Shown here piece by piece: positions 46,249 to 56,332 of a stretch of 64,000 nt of DNA; position 1 is the first letter of the stretch; every line of letters starts with the position of its first letter. A program made the translations under genes and the position numbers. Where the stretch lies: NCBI GenBank assembly GCA_038230375.1, contig JBBRNJ010000039.1:14119-78118 (forward strand). Direction: 5' to 3'. The notes under the pieces were generated by a model. It had not been told where the DNA came from. It saw only the letters and a program-made list of their open reading frames with translations, and did no database searches. The stretch is from Polyangiales bacterium (lineage in GTDB: Bacteria; Myxococcota_A; Polyangia; Polyangiales; Polyangiaceae).

Positions 46249-49139
46249 AGAAGGCGAAGACGGAGCAACGTGGCGCGGAGGTGCCCGAAGGCCTCTCGAA
46301 GATCGCCACCGCATGGCGTGAGGCCGTGCGCTTGCCCCGCCTTCGCGCGTGGGTCTCTGCGTGGGTGCTCTTCGTCTTCGGCGCGATGCTCCTTGCGCGT
46401 GTGGGCACCCCAAGGGCGCGGCTCGTCGCATTCGTCCTGATCTGCGCGGGCGTCGCGCTCACGGTGATCGCCGCGCGGCTCGAGCGGCGCACGTTCTCGG
46501 ACGCGCGCCGCATCATCGCGCGTCTCTTTGGCAAGAGCGAACCGGAGCTCGCGTCCCGTGCCCAGCGCGCGCTCTTGCTCTCGTACCAGCCACCCGACGG
46601 CACCAGCGAGGCGCTCGCGCGTCTGCACCTTTCTCGCGCTCTGTCCGCGCTGCCCGAGGAGCAGGTGAAGAGCGGCGCCAAGCGCTCTGCGTTCTTGTTC
46701 GGTGCCGCGGCGCTCGTGCTGTCCGCCGCATCGCTGGGAACGTGCGCGCTGCGCGGCTTTGGTGTGGTCGAGGGCGCGGACATTCTACTGGCGCGTTCTG
46801 GCCGCGCGCCTGTCGAGCTCGGCTACCTCACCGAGCCCGAGCTGGTCGCGCGCCCGCCCGAGTACCTGCACGAGCCCGAGCACCGCAACGCGGTGTATGG
46901 CGATCTCATGCTCCCGAACGGCACGCTGCTCACCGTGCGTGGCCGTCCCGTGCACGACGGGCGCACGCTGGTGCTGACCGACGGTAGCGCGCGCGTGCCG
47001 TTCTTCGACGAGGGCAGCGGCAAGCTGATCGCCCGCTGGCCGCTCACTGCGACCGTGGATCTGCGCGTGGCTGCGATCTTCGGCGACGTCGTCATCGAGG
47101 AGCCGCTCGCCACCCATGTGCAGTCGATCGCGGACGACCCGCCGCGTGTCGTGCTCGAGTCCGCACCGCGCGAGGTGAAGCTCGCTGTGGACACGGACGT
47201 CACGGAGATCCCGCTCCGCTACGAGGCCACGGACGATCACGGCATGCGCGAGGTGCACCTGGTGCTGCGCGCCGGCGCAAAGGAAGAGCGGCGCATGCTC
47301 GCCAAGCTCGACGGCGAGACGCGCGTCGATCGCGGTGGAAGCACCCTGCGCGTGACCGATCCGTTCGTGAAGAAGAGCCACGTGCCTGTGTTCGTGACGG
47401 TGGAGGCAAAGGACAACGACGCCGTCACGGGCCCCAAATGGGGCAAGAGCGAGGCGATCGTCCTCATCCCGCCGAGCGTGGCGCAGGCAGAGGCGCTGCG
47501 ACTCGCCGCCCTCATGAAGGTGCGCGATCAGTACGTGGACGCGCTTGCGCGCAGGCTCACTGTCTCCCTGCCAAAGGGCGACACGGAGCGGCACCAGCTG
47601 GCCGAGGCAGAGACGCACAGCTCCGAGAACGAACGCGAGCAGCTCGACACCGCGGTGCGCTCCTCGTACATCGGGCTCTCCGTTCCGAAGCGTCTGACCG
47701 CGCTGCTCCTCACGCACGCCGCAAAGATCGACAAGGCCATGGGCGCGTTCTCGCGCGCGCCGTCGCAGAAGGGCTTCGACAACGTCGTCGCGGCGACGGA
47801 GAAGTTCGTCAGCGTGCTGGACGCCGTGATCGCCGGGCTTGCACAGAAGGACGCGCGCTCCTCGGCGAAGGAGCTCGCAGACGTCGCGGACGACATGGCC
47901 ACGGGCTTCTTCGGTCTGGAGGCCGCGTCACCGGAAGGACGCCCACGCGTGTCCGCGGCACACTCGGTGCTGGCGGAGGGGGGCGCCGCCCTTTCGCACC
48001 TCGGCTTTCTTGGTCATGACCTGGGCGAGATCACGCAGGCGTACCTGCTCCGCATCGATCGCGCGGACAAGGCGCAGGACAACCTGCATGCGGCGCTCGC
48101 GGCCCGTGATCTTGCCGCACGTCTCGCGGTGCCGGATCCCTCGCTCGGCTCGCACGGCAAAGGTGGTCGTCCTGGCTCGGAGTCTGGTGGTGGCTCGGGG
48201 GCCGACGACCCGTCCGAATCGCCGGGCGACGACGTGGCGCAGGCCTTCGACGAGGCCGCACGCGATCTGAACCAGCTGGCGATGGATCACGCCGAGGAGA
48301 TGGGCAACGTCGAGCGCGAGAGTGGTCAGAACTCGCCGGCGGACATGAAGGAGCTCGGCAAGGATCTCAAGGAGCGCGCAGACCGCATTCGCAAGGCCGT
48401 GAAGGGCCTGCCGGAGGTCGGCGGCAGTCCCGAGTCGATCGGCGAGAAGGCGCGCGGCGCCCGCGAGCAGGCCGAGCAGATGGCGAAGTCGCTCGAGGAA
48501 GAGAACGTGAGCGACGCCGTCAACGCCGGCAAGAGCGCCATGAACCGCCTGGACGAGGCGAAGCGCGCAGCGGAGCGCGAGCGCATGTGGGGCGGCGATC
48601 AGGCCACCGAGAAGAAGCTCGAGGAGGCAGTGGCGAAGCTGGAGCCGGAGCTCAAGGCCACGCAGCGCATGCTGGACGAGCTGCGCAAGAAGGCAGAGCA
48701 GCGGGCCGCACGCGACCTGGGGAAGCACGGCGACACGGAACAGAAGCTCTCCGACCGCATGAAGGAGCTCGGTGAGCGTGGTCGCGAAAAATCGCTCCCG
48801 GACCAGGCGCTTCGTGATCTCGAGGACGCGCACGACGCCGCGAAGCAGGCGGCCAACGCCTTCAAGCAGGGCGACATGAAGCGCGGCAAGGAGAAGCAGA
48901 AGGACGCGCAGAAGAAGCTCGAGGACGCTCAGCGCAACGTGGGCGACGACTCCGACACGGGCAACAAGGACGAGGGCGACAGCCGCATGCCGGGCGGCGA
49001 GCACGCAGACATTCCGCCCGCCGACGCGCACAAGGGGCCGGAAGAGTTTCGCCGTCGCGTGATGAAGGGTCTCGCCATGCCCGGGCCCAGCAAGGAGAAG
49101 GACGCCGTCCTGCGTTACGCGGAGGGTCTCCTCAAATGA
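46245..49139 (+). CDS. DUF4175-like membrane-anchored coiled-coil protein
   Basis: Three N-terminal TM helices; ADDPPRV...YEATDDHG...EAKDND Ig-like motif; long helical region; C-terminal RYAEGLLK. Confidence 0.7.
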   Translation: MKKAKTEQRGAEVPEGLSKIATAWREAVRLPRLRAWVSAWVLFVFGAMLLARVGTPRARLVAFVLICAGVALTVIAARLERRTFSDARRIIARLFGKSEPELASRAQRALLLSYQPPDGTSEALARLHLSRALSALPEEQVKSGAKRSAFLFGAAALVLSAASLGTCALRGFGVVEGADILLARSGRAPVELGYLTEPELVARPPEYLHEPEHRNAVYGDLMLPNGTLLTVRGRPVHDGRTLVLTDGSARVPFFDEGSGKLIARWPLTATVDLRVAAIFGDVVIEEPLATHVQSIADDPPRVVLESAPREVKLAVDTDVTEIPLRYEATDDHGMREVHLVLRAGAKEERRMLAKLDGETRVDRGGSTLRVTDPFVKKSHVPVFVTVEAKDNDAVTGPKWGKSEAIVLIPPSVAQAEALRLAALMKVRDQYVDALARRLTVSLPKGDTERHQLAEAETHSSENEREQLDTAVRSSYIGLSVPKRLTALLLTHAAKIDKAMGAFSRAPSQKGFDNVVAATEKFVSVLDAVIAGLAQKDARSSAKELADVADDMATGFFGLEAASPEGRPRVSAAHSVLAEGGAALSHLGFLGHDLGEITQAYLLRIDRADKAQDNLHAALAARDLAARLAVPDPSLGSHGKGGRPGSESGGGSGADDPSESPGDDVAQAFDEAARDLNQLAMDHAEEMGNVERESGQNSPADMKELGKDLKERADRIRKAVKGLPEVGGSPESIGEKARGAREQAEQMAKSLEEENVSDAVNAGKSAMNRLDEAKRAAERERMWGGDQATEKKLEEAVAKLEPELKATQRMLDELRKKAEQRAARDLGKHGDTEQKLSDRMKELGERGREKSLPDQALRDLEDAHDAAKQAANAFKQGDMKRGKEKQKDAQKKLEDAQRNVGDDSDTGNKDEGDSRMPGGEHADIPPADAHKGPEEFRRRVMKGLAMPGPSKEKDAVLRYAEGLLK

Positions 49140-50731
49140 AGCGAATTTCCCTGAAAAAGAGGCCGTTCTACGCGCTCATCGGAATCGCTGTGTTCGCGCT
49201 GTTCTCGGGTGGGCGGGACGTGCGTGCCGCAGAGATCAACGCACGCGTGCTCGTCGCGGAGGAGCTGACGCGCTCGTTCGAGTACGACGCCGCATCGCGC
49301 GAGCTCGATCTCGCGGGCGCACCTGACGATCCGGACGTGGTCGTGGAGCGCGCGCGCATCGAGCTGCACAAGGGCAACTGCGACGCGGCCGCGGCCATGC
49401 TCATGCGCCCGGCGATCGCGAAGGTGGAGCGCGCTGAAGAGGTCTCTGCCATTGCGAAGGGCTGCGCCCGCGCCACCGCGGCCACCATCCTTGAGAAGGA
49501 CGACGCCGCGGGCGTGGAGGTGCGCTTCCAGGACGAGAACGACAAGGCGCTCTTCCCGGGCATGGTCGACACCGTGGTGAAGGCGCGTGAGGCCATCTCG
49601 CGTGACCTGGGCACTGACTTCCCCAGGCCCACGCGCATCGTCGTCGTGCGTGACTCGCTCACGCTGAGCGTGATGACCGGCCTTCCTTACTCTGCCGCGC
49701 AGACCACCGGCACCGTGGCCGTCGCGAAGTGGGGACGCGTCACCATGATCTCGCCGCGCGCGGGTCATCATGGGTATCCGTGGAAGGACACGCTGGCCCA
49801 CGAGCTCACGCACCTGGCCGTCACGCGCATCACGCATGACCATGCGCCACTGTGGCTGCAAGAGGGTCTCGCAAAGCACGAGGAGTCGCGCTGGCGTCCC
49901 GCCGGCCCGTTCGACGGAAAGCCCACGCCCGAGGCGATCGTCCTGCGCGGTATCGAGAAGAAGCTGGATCTTCCGCTCGACAAGCTGGGCATGTCGCTGG
50001 CCATGCTGCCTAGCCCCGAGGCCGCCATGGTCGCCTACTCCGAGGTGACGAGCTTCGTGCGCAGGTTGGACGCGCAAGGCCCCGACACGTTGAAGAAGCT
50101 CCTCGCGGAGATGGCGCACACGGGGGATGCGAGTCAGGCACTCCAGAAGACCACGGGCCAGGATCTGGCCGCGTGGGACAAGGCGTGGCGAACGTGGCTC
50201 TCGGAGCAGCCGAAGGAAAAGCTCCCGTCGTACTTCGGTCTGAATGACGACCACGGCGGCGAGAAGGACCTGGCGCAGACGCGCGATCACGCACGGCTGG
50301 CGGAGCTCCTGCTCGAGCGCAAGCATCCAGATGCGGCGCTGATCGAGCTCGCGAAGATCAAGGAAGAGACGTTCGCTGTCCCCGAGCTCCGCGCGCTACG
50401 CGCACGCGTGTTCCTTGCGGCCGACAAGAAGGAGCAGGCGCTCGCGGACGTGAACGATCCCAAGGATGTCATCGCTGGGTACGGCCCGTGGTGGGCCGTT
50501 CGCGGCGTCATCCAGCGCGCAGGTGCTACCCCGGGCAGCGCGCCGGACACGTCTGAGCCGTCGTTCGCGGAGGCGGTGGCGCAGGATCCCTTCGGAGTGA
50601 TGTCTGCGTGCAGGACCGTGCCTGATGCACCGGAGCCTGCTCCTCACGCCCCGGCAAGCCCCGCGCCCATCCTGGACCCTTCCACGGAAGCGCTTTGCCA
50701 GGCGGCACGGGCGTGGAATTTTCTGCCCTGA
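49136..50731 (+). CDS. Exported peptidase MA-like (gluzincin) protein with TPR-like helices
   Basis: LAHELTHLA...PLWLQEGLA; signal peptide; ATGA overlap. Confidence 0.8.
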   Translation: MKRISLKKRPFYALIGIAVFALFSGGRDVRAAEINARVLVAEELTRSFEYDAASRELDLAGAPDDPDVVVERARIELHKGNCDAAAAMLMRPAIAKVERAEEVSAIAKGCARATAATILEKDDAAGVEVRFQDENDKALFPGMVDTVVKAREAISRDLGTDFPRPTRIVVVRDSLTLSVMTGLPYSAAQTTGTVAVAKWGRVTMISPRAGHHGYPWKDTLAHELTHLAVTRITHDHAPLWLQEGLAKHEESRWRPAGPFDGKPTPEAIVLRGIEKKLDLPLDKLGMSLAMLPSPEAAMVAYSEVTSFVRRLDAQGPDTLKKLLAEMAHTGDASQALQKTTGQDLAAWDKAWRTWLSEQPKEKLPSYFGLNDDHGGEKDLAQTRDHARLAELLLERKHPDAALIELAKIKEETFAVPELRALRARVFLAADKKEQALADVNDPKDVIAGYGPWWAVRGVIQRAGATPGSAPDTSEPSFAEAVAQDPFGVMSACRTVPDAPEPAPHAPASPAPILDPSTEALCQAARAWNFLP

Positions 50732-50739
50732 AGAGACGA

Positions 50740-50769
50740 TTGACCCCGGGATTGTGCAACGGATAGCAT
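50740..50769 (+). promoter_or_regulatory. Putative sigma-70 promoter of the psd operon
   Basis: TTGACC-N18-TAGCAT in the intergenic region. Confidence 0.45.
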
Positions 50770-50821
50770 TCGAAGACGCACTCTCAAGGACCCGGGCTTC
50801 CTGGCCTGCCGTCTCCTGCGC

Positions 50822-51670
50822 ATGAACGCGATTACCTTCGCTACCGCCCAGATCCTTCGAGTTCTTCCACGTGCGCAGATCGGGCGCGTTCTGGGACATC
50901 TCGCCGACGCCCATTGGCATCCCAAGGTGGGGAAGGCCGTGGTGGACGTCTACTGCCGTGCGTACGACGTGTCGCTGGGTGAGTGCGTAGGCTCCGAGTT
51001 CTCGAACTTCGATTCGTTCTTCACCCGGAACCTGAAGGACGGCGTGCGGCCGCTCGGTTCTGCGGAGACCATCCTCTGTCCGGCGGACGGCCGCGTGGAG
51101 AGCATGGGGCCGGTGGACATGAACCGGACCTTCACGGTGAAGGGAAGGCCGTACTCGGTCGAAGAGCTCATCGGCGACGCGGCCGAAGCGCGCCGCTACG
51201 AAGGCGGCCTTGGTTGCGTCGTCTACCTCTCGCCGCGTGACTACCACCGGGTGCACTCCCCCGTGTCCGGCAAGATCACGCAGGTCCGCTCGATTCCCGG
51301 GGACTACTACCCGGTGAACTCGATTGGCCTTCGTCACGTGAAGAACCTCTTCGCGCGCAATCGGCGCGTCAGCATCGTGATCGACAACGAGGAAGGCCTT
51401 GGTCGCGTCACCGTCGTGATGGTCGCCGCAATGATCGTGGGTCGCATCACGGTGACCGGTGTGGAAGGCCGCGACGTTCCGTTCGGGGTGCACCACCCGA
51501 CCGGCGTTGGAGGAGAAGGCGCCAGCATCGATCGCGGCGACGAGATCGGCGTGTTTCACCTGGGCTCCACCGCTGTCGTATTCGTCGAGGAGAAGGTCCG
51601 CGGCCGGTTCGCCGTGGAGCCGGGCGCCGTTCGTATGGGCCAGACGCTCGTCACCGGAGTCCGGTCATGA
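50822..51670 (+). CDS. psd: Phosphatidylserine decarboxylase proenzyme
   Basis: FFTRNLK, PADG, YLSPRDYHRVHSP, FHLGST autocleavage motif. Confidence 0.93.
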   Translation: MNAITFATAQILRVLPRAQIGRVLGHLADAHWHPKVGKAVVDVYCRAYDVSLGECVGSEFSNFDSFFTRNLKDGVRPLGSAETILCPADGRVESMGPVDMNRTFTVKGRPYSVEELIGDAAEARRYEGGLGCVVYLSPRDYHRVHSPVSGKITQVRSIPGDYYPVNSIGLRHVKNLFARNRRVSIVIDNEEGLGRVTVVMVAAMIVGRITVTGVEGRDVPFGVHHPTGVGGEGASIDRGDEIGVFHLGSTAVVFVEEKVRGRFAVEPGAVRMGQTLVTGVRS

Positions 51671-53988
51671 GCGGCGGTCGCGTTGGCAAGGACTCGGAGC
51701 ATCCGGGTCGCCCGCAGAACGAGCCGCTCGATGACATCATCCTTGGTGACGAGGAGACCACGGAGATCCCGCAAGCCGCCGCCGTCGATCCCACGCGCGC
51801 CGCCCGCAGCGAGCGCCCCAGTCGCGCCGCGCCCGCCGACGACAGCAGCCGCAAGAGCGTGCGGCAGAAGCTCCTCCGCATTCCCGACGACGAGGTGTCG
51901 CGCCCGCTGCACCAGCAGCTGGAGGAGTCCGCGCCTCCGCCGCCTCCGCCGCCGCCGCTGAAGAAGCCCATCCCCACGTTCGACCCCGAGTCGACCGTGA
52001 AGATGAACGCGCTGGACCTGGACTCCTCCGTCCAGCTCCCTCCGATGGACTCTGGCCCTTCGCTCAACGAGGACAGCTGGACGCCGCTCCAGCCGCCGGT
52101 CCACCCGAAGACGCGGCCCGAGCCGTGGAACCCGCGCGAGAGCGACGACGACCCCCGCGCGGCCCCCAACCAGCCCCAAGACTACGGCGATCGTTCGCAG
52201 CTCCCTACGCCGCCTCCCACCTCCGAGGAGATCCCGGTCGCGGTGGACGACCCCACCTCCTCCGATCGCATTCCGCATGCGCATGACATGAGCGCGCGCG
52301 CCGCCGATCACGACGGGCCCAGCACTCCACGAGACCAGGATGGGGCCGAGGAGATCGAACCCGCGCCGGACTCCTCGCCGATCGGTCTCACGCAGCGCTC
52401 GGAGCACCCGCCTGCGCGCGCAAGCGGCGCCCCGCCGAATGCGGCGCTGGATGGTGTGGCGACCGACGGCGCCCGCGATCCGCACAAAGATCCGCTGCGC
52501 GAGGTGGTGTGCACCGTGCTCGACACCGGTGAGCTGCAGAGCATCGACGTGAGCTTCCAGAGCACGCCCAACCTCGAGGTCGCGGACCCGATGGGAACGC
52601 CGCGCGCGCATCCGCCCACGGACCCGGTGCCCGGCAGTGGGAGCGCCGCGGACGCGCTCGAGCTCGCCGCCGATGACTTCCAGCCCGTCGACTCGAAGCC
52701 ACCAACCGCCTTCGCTGCGGCTTCTCACCAGCCGCACGCGCCACAGGCCCCGCAACCGCCTCCGTTGCGTCCGAAGACCCAGAGCACGCCCAGCGTGCCG
52801 CCCATGCCCCCCGCCATGGCCCCCATGCGCCCCAAGGCCGCGAGCGGTCCGCCGCCGGCACCGCCCCCCATGCGTCCGCGCTCGGAGAGCACACCCAGCG
52901 TGCCGCCGCACACGTCTGCTCCCAACATGTCCGCTGCGCCGCCCGTGCCGCCGCCCATGCGCCCGCGGAGCCACAGCACGCCCAGCGTGCCGCCTCTCAC
53001 GTCCGCGCCCATGGTGCCCGCCGCCGCCGCCGCATCCGTGCTGGGCCACCCCTACACCCCGCCCAGCCCCACACCGTCGAACGTGTCGCTGTCGCAGACC
53101 GGCCAGAATTCCGTCGCGCCGAAGCCCCCGCCGCCGAAGGCCGCGGCGAGGAGCCAGGTCGTGATGGTGCCGTCGCTGCTGAACTCTGCGAACGGCCTCG
53201 CGCCACCGCAGATCGCGGACGCCGCGCACGGGCGGAACAAGAAGGTGCATCCCTGGTGGGAGGACCTCTTCAACGACGACTACATCCGCGCGATGGAGAA
53301 GCTGACCGACAGTCAGATCAAGCGCGAGGCGGACTTCATCGAGGACTCGCTCGGCGTCGCGCAGGGCGCCATGGTGCTCGATCTGGCATGCGGCACGGGC
53401 CGCCATGCGATCGAGCTCTCACGCCGCGGCTACAACGTCGTGGGCTTCGATCTCTCGCTTGCCATGCTCGCCCGCGCCGCGGACGAGGCAGCGGAGCGCG
53501 CCGCGCAGCTCAACTTCGTGCAAGGCGACATGCGCGAGATGACCTTCGACGAGATGTTCGACGGCATCTACTGCTGGAGCACCAGCTTTGGTTTCTTCGA
53601 GGAAGAGAAGAACGCGAACGTGATCTCCCGCGTCCATCGCGCGCTGAAGAAGGGCGGACAGTTCCTGCTCGACGTCGTCAACCGCGACTACGTTGCGCGT
53701 CAGTCTCCGTCGCTGGTCTGGTTCGAGGGCGACGGCGCCATCTGCATGGACGAGATGCAGATCGACTGGATCACCAGCCGCATGAAGATCAAGCGGACGA
53801 TGATGATCGACGACGGTCGCTCGCGCGAGATCGAGTTCTCGATGCGCCTCTACGCCCTGCACGAGCTCGGCAAATTGCTGCATGATGCAGGCTTCCGCGT
53901 GGCAGAGATCAGCGGCCGCGTGGCGACGCCCGGCGTCTTCTTCGGCGCCGATTCGCCCCGAACGATCATCCTCGCGGAAAAGCGCTGA
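51667..53988 (+). CDS. Class I SAM-dependent methyltransferase with a roughly 520-aa Pro-rich N-terminus
   Basis: VLDLACGTGRH, GFDLS, QGDMR, ALKKGG; ATGA overlap with psd. Confidence 0.88.
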   Translation: MSGGRVGKDSEHPGRPQNEPLDDIILGDEETTEIPQAAAVDPTRAARSERPSRAAPADDSSRKSVRQKLLRIPDDEVSRPLHQQLEESAPPPPPPPPLKKPIPTFDPESTVKMNALDLDSSVQLPPMDSGPSLNEDSWTPLQPPVHPKTRPEPWNPRESDDDPRAAPNQPQDYGDRSQLPTPPPTSEEIPVAVDDPTSSDRIPHAHDMSARAADHDGPSTPRDQDGAEEIEPAPDSSPIGLTQRSEHPPARASGAPPNAALDGVATDGARDPHKDPLREVVCTVLDTGELQSIDVSFQSTPNLEVADPMGTPRAHPPTDPVPGSGSAADALELAADDFQPVDSKPPTAFAAASHQPHAPQAPQPPPLRPKTQSTPSVPPMPPAMAPMRPKAASGPPPAPPPMRPRSESTPSVPPHTSAPNMSAAPPVPPPMRPRSHSTPSVPPLTSAPMVPAAAAASVLGHPYTPPSPTPSNVSLSQTGQNSVAPKPPPPKAAARSQVVMVPSLLNSANGLAPPQIADAAHGRNKKVHPWWEDLFNDDYIRAMEKLTDSQIKREADFIEDSLGVAQGAMVLDLACGTGRHAIELSRRGYNVVGFDLSLAMLARAADEAAERAAQLNFVQGDMREMTFDEMFDGIYCWSTSFGFFEEEKNANVISRVHRALKKGGQFLLDVVNRDYVARQSPSLVWFEGDGAICMDEMQIDWITSRMKIKRTMMIDDGRSREIEFSMRLYALHELGKLLHDAGFRVAEISGRVATPGVFFGADSPRTIILAEKR

Positions 53989-54002
53989 ACGCTGAACGCC
54001 GA

Positions 54003-54030
54003 AGGGCGAACGCGTTGCCACGTTCGCCCT
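54003..54030. terminator. Stem-loop between the convergent methyltransferase and fusA genes
   Basis: Perfect 10-bp inverted repeat AGGGCGAACG/CGTTCGCCCT with an 8-nt loop; no U tract. Confidence 0.6.
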
Positions 54031-54060
54031 CAGGCACAGCTGCTCCAGCGTAGCGAAGAG

Positions 54061-56190
54061 CTACTTCTTCGCTTCGGCTGCGAGCTTCTCTTTGTGCTTC
54101 CTCACCATCTCGTCCTGCTCCTGCTTCGGGACGGGGGCGTACTTGGCGAACTCCATGGTGAAGTTGCCCTTGCCCTGTGTCGCCGAGCGGAGGTCGGTCG
54201 AGTAGCCGAACATCGTGTTCAGCGGAACGAGCGCGGTGACCGTGACGGTATCGCCGCTGATGGTGTCCAGGATGATGCCGCGGCGCTGGTTCACTTGACC
54301 GACGACGGAGCCCTGGAACTCGGTCGGGGCCTCGACCTCCACCTTCATGATGGGCTCGAGCACGATGGGCTTCGCGCCCAGGTACGCCTCGCGGAAGCCC
54401 TGGAGCGCCGCCGTCTTGAACGCCATTTCGGACGAGTCGACCGCGTGTGATGCGCCGTCGTTGATGATGGCGCGCACGCCGACGACCGGGAAGCCGATGA
54501 GGCCGCCCTTCTTGATGGCCTCGCGAAAGCCCTTGTCGCAGGCGGGGATGTACTCGCGCGGGATCGAGCCACCGACGATGTCGTCGACGAACTCGTAGGT
54601 CTCGACCGAGTCCTCGGGCAGGGGCTCGAGCATGCCGGCGATCTTCGCGAACTGACCGGAGCCGCCCGTCTGCTTCTTGTGCGTGTACGCGAGCTCGGTG
54701 GCCTGCGTGATGGTCTCGCGGTACGCGACCTGCGGCTTGCCCGCGATGACGTCGCAGGCGTACTCGCGGCGCATGCGCTCCATGTAGATGTCCAGGTGGA
54801 GCTCGCCCATGCCGCTGATGATGGTCTGCTGCGACTCTTCATCCTGGTGAACGCGGAAGGTGGGGTCCTCCTTGGTGAAGCGGTTCAGCGCCTTCGAGAA
54901 GTTCGTCTCCGCCGAACGGTCCTTGGGCGCGACGGCGAGCGAGATGACGGCCGCGGGCACGTGCATGGACGTGAGCGTGACGTTCATCTTCCCGTCGGTG
55001 AAGGTCTCGCCGGAGCTCGCCTCGACGCCGTAGAACGCGACGATGTCACCGGACTCCGCCGACGGAACTTCCTCGCGGTCGTCCGAGTGCATGCGGAACA
55101 TACGCGGCACGCGCACCTTACGCATCTCGTTCGAGACGTTGTAGATGGTGTCGCCCGCGTTGACGCGGCCCTGGTAGATGCGGAAGTACGTGAGCTGTCC
55201 GTACTTGTCCTGCTGGAGCTTGAACGCCAGGCCGACGAACGGCTTCTCGGGGTCGGAGTGGATGATGACCTTCTCCTCGCCCTTGTCCTGGTCGTGCGCC
55301 TCGTTTTTGACGTCCATCGGGTTCGGCAGGTAGTACGTGACCGCGTCGAGCAAGAGCTGAACGCCCTTGTTCTTGTATGCGGAGCCGCACATGACCGGCG
55401 TCATCTTCAGCGCGAGCGTCGCGCGACGAACGCCGGCACGCAGCTCGTCGGTCGTGACGGGGGTCTCGTTCAGGAACTTGTCGGCCATCTCGTCGTCGAC
55501 GTCGGCGAGCTGCTGGATGATCAGCTCGCGCGCGGTCTTGGTGGCTGCCGCGTACTCGGCGGGGACGTCTACCTCGCGGATGATCTCGCCGTCGTCGCCG
55601 TCGAAGAAGTACGCGCGGTTCGTGATCGCGTCGATGAGGCCAACGAACTTGTCCTCTGCGCCCATCGGCACCTGGAGCATGATCGGGTAGTGACCGAGCT
55701 TCTCCTTGAGCATGGCGGAGACGCGCTCGTAGTTCGCGCCGGGGTTGTCCATCTTGTTGACGAACGCGATCCGCGGCACGTGGTAGCGCTTCATCTGGCG
55801 GTCGACCGTGATCGACTGGCTCTGCACGCCCTTGCCCGAATCGAGCACGAGGACGGCGCCGTCGAGCACGCGGAGCGCACGCTCGACCTCGATCGTGAAG
55901 TCGACGTGACCCGGGGTGTCGATGATGTTGATGTTGTACTCGGGCATCTGCTTCTGCGAGCCCACCCACACGCAGTACGTTGCGGCGGACTGGATCGTGA
56001 TGCCCTTCTCGCGCTCCAGATCCATGGAGTCCATCTTGGCGCCGACGCCGTCCTTGCCGCGGACCTCGTGGATCTCGTGGATTCGACCGGTGTAAAACAA
56101 GATGCGCTCGGTGAGCGTCGTCTTGCCCGAGTCGATGTGGGCGCTGATGCCAATGTTGCGAATGCGGTCGAGGGGGATGCGAGCTGCCAT
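54061..56190 (-). CDS. fusA: Elongation factor G (spdEFG1/mtEFG1-like)
   Basis: RNIGISAHIDSGKTT, KGITIQSAA, DTPGHVDF, NKMD, HAVDSSEMAF, LRSATQG. Confidence 0.97.
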   Translation of the reverse strand: MAARIPLDRIRNIGISAHIDSGKTTLTERILFYTGRIHEIHEVRGKDGVGAKMDSMDLEREKGITIQSAATYCVWVGSQKQMPEYNINIIDTPGHVDFTIEVERALRVLDGAVLVLDSGKGVQSQSITVDRQMKRYHVPRIAFVNKMDNPGANYERVSAMLKEKLGHYPIMLQVPMGAEDKFVGLIDAITNRAYFFDGDDGEIIREVDVPAEYAAATKTARELIIQQLADVDDEMADKFLNETPVTTDELRAGVRRATLALKMTPVMCGSAYKNKGVQLLLDAVTYYLPNPMDVKNEAHDQDKGEEKVIIHSDPEKPFVGLAFKLQQDKYGQLTYFRIYQGRVNAGDTIYNVSNEMRKVRVPRMFRMHSDDREEVPSAESGDIVAFYGVEASSGETFTDGKMNVTLTSMHVPAAVISLAVAPKDRSAETNFSKALNRFTKEDPTFRVHQDEESQQTIISGMGELHLDIYMERMRREYACDVIAGKPQVAYRETITQATELAYTHKKQTGGSGQFAKIAGMLEPLPEDSVETYEFVDDIVGGSIPREYIPACDKGFREAIKKGGLIGFPVVGVRAIINDGASHAVDSSEMAFKTAALQGFREAYLGAKPIVLEPIMKVEVEAPTEFQGSVVGQVNQRRGIILDTISGDTVTVTALVPLNTMFGYSTDLRSATQGKGNFTMEFAKYAPVPKQEQDEMVRKHKEKLAAEAKK

Positions 56191-56332
56191 TGGATGTGGA
56201 AGGGGCGACTACCCAAGCCTGAGGCAGAGTGGAAGGGGGGAATGCATCCCCGCCGCACTTTGTTGAAATTGCGCCTCTTTCTGGACACAAAAAAAGCGTC
56301 CAGAACCAGTGCGCGACCGCCGTGAGCCGCCC

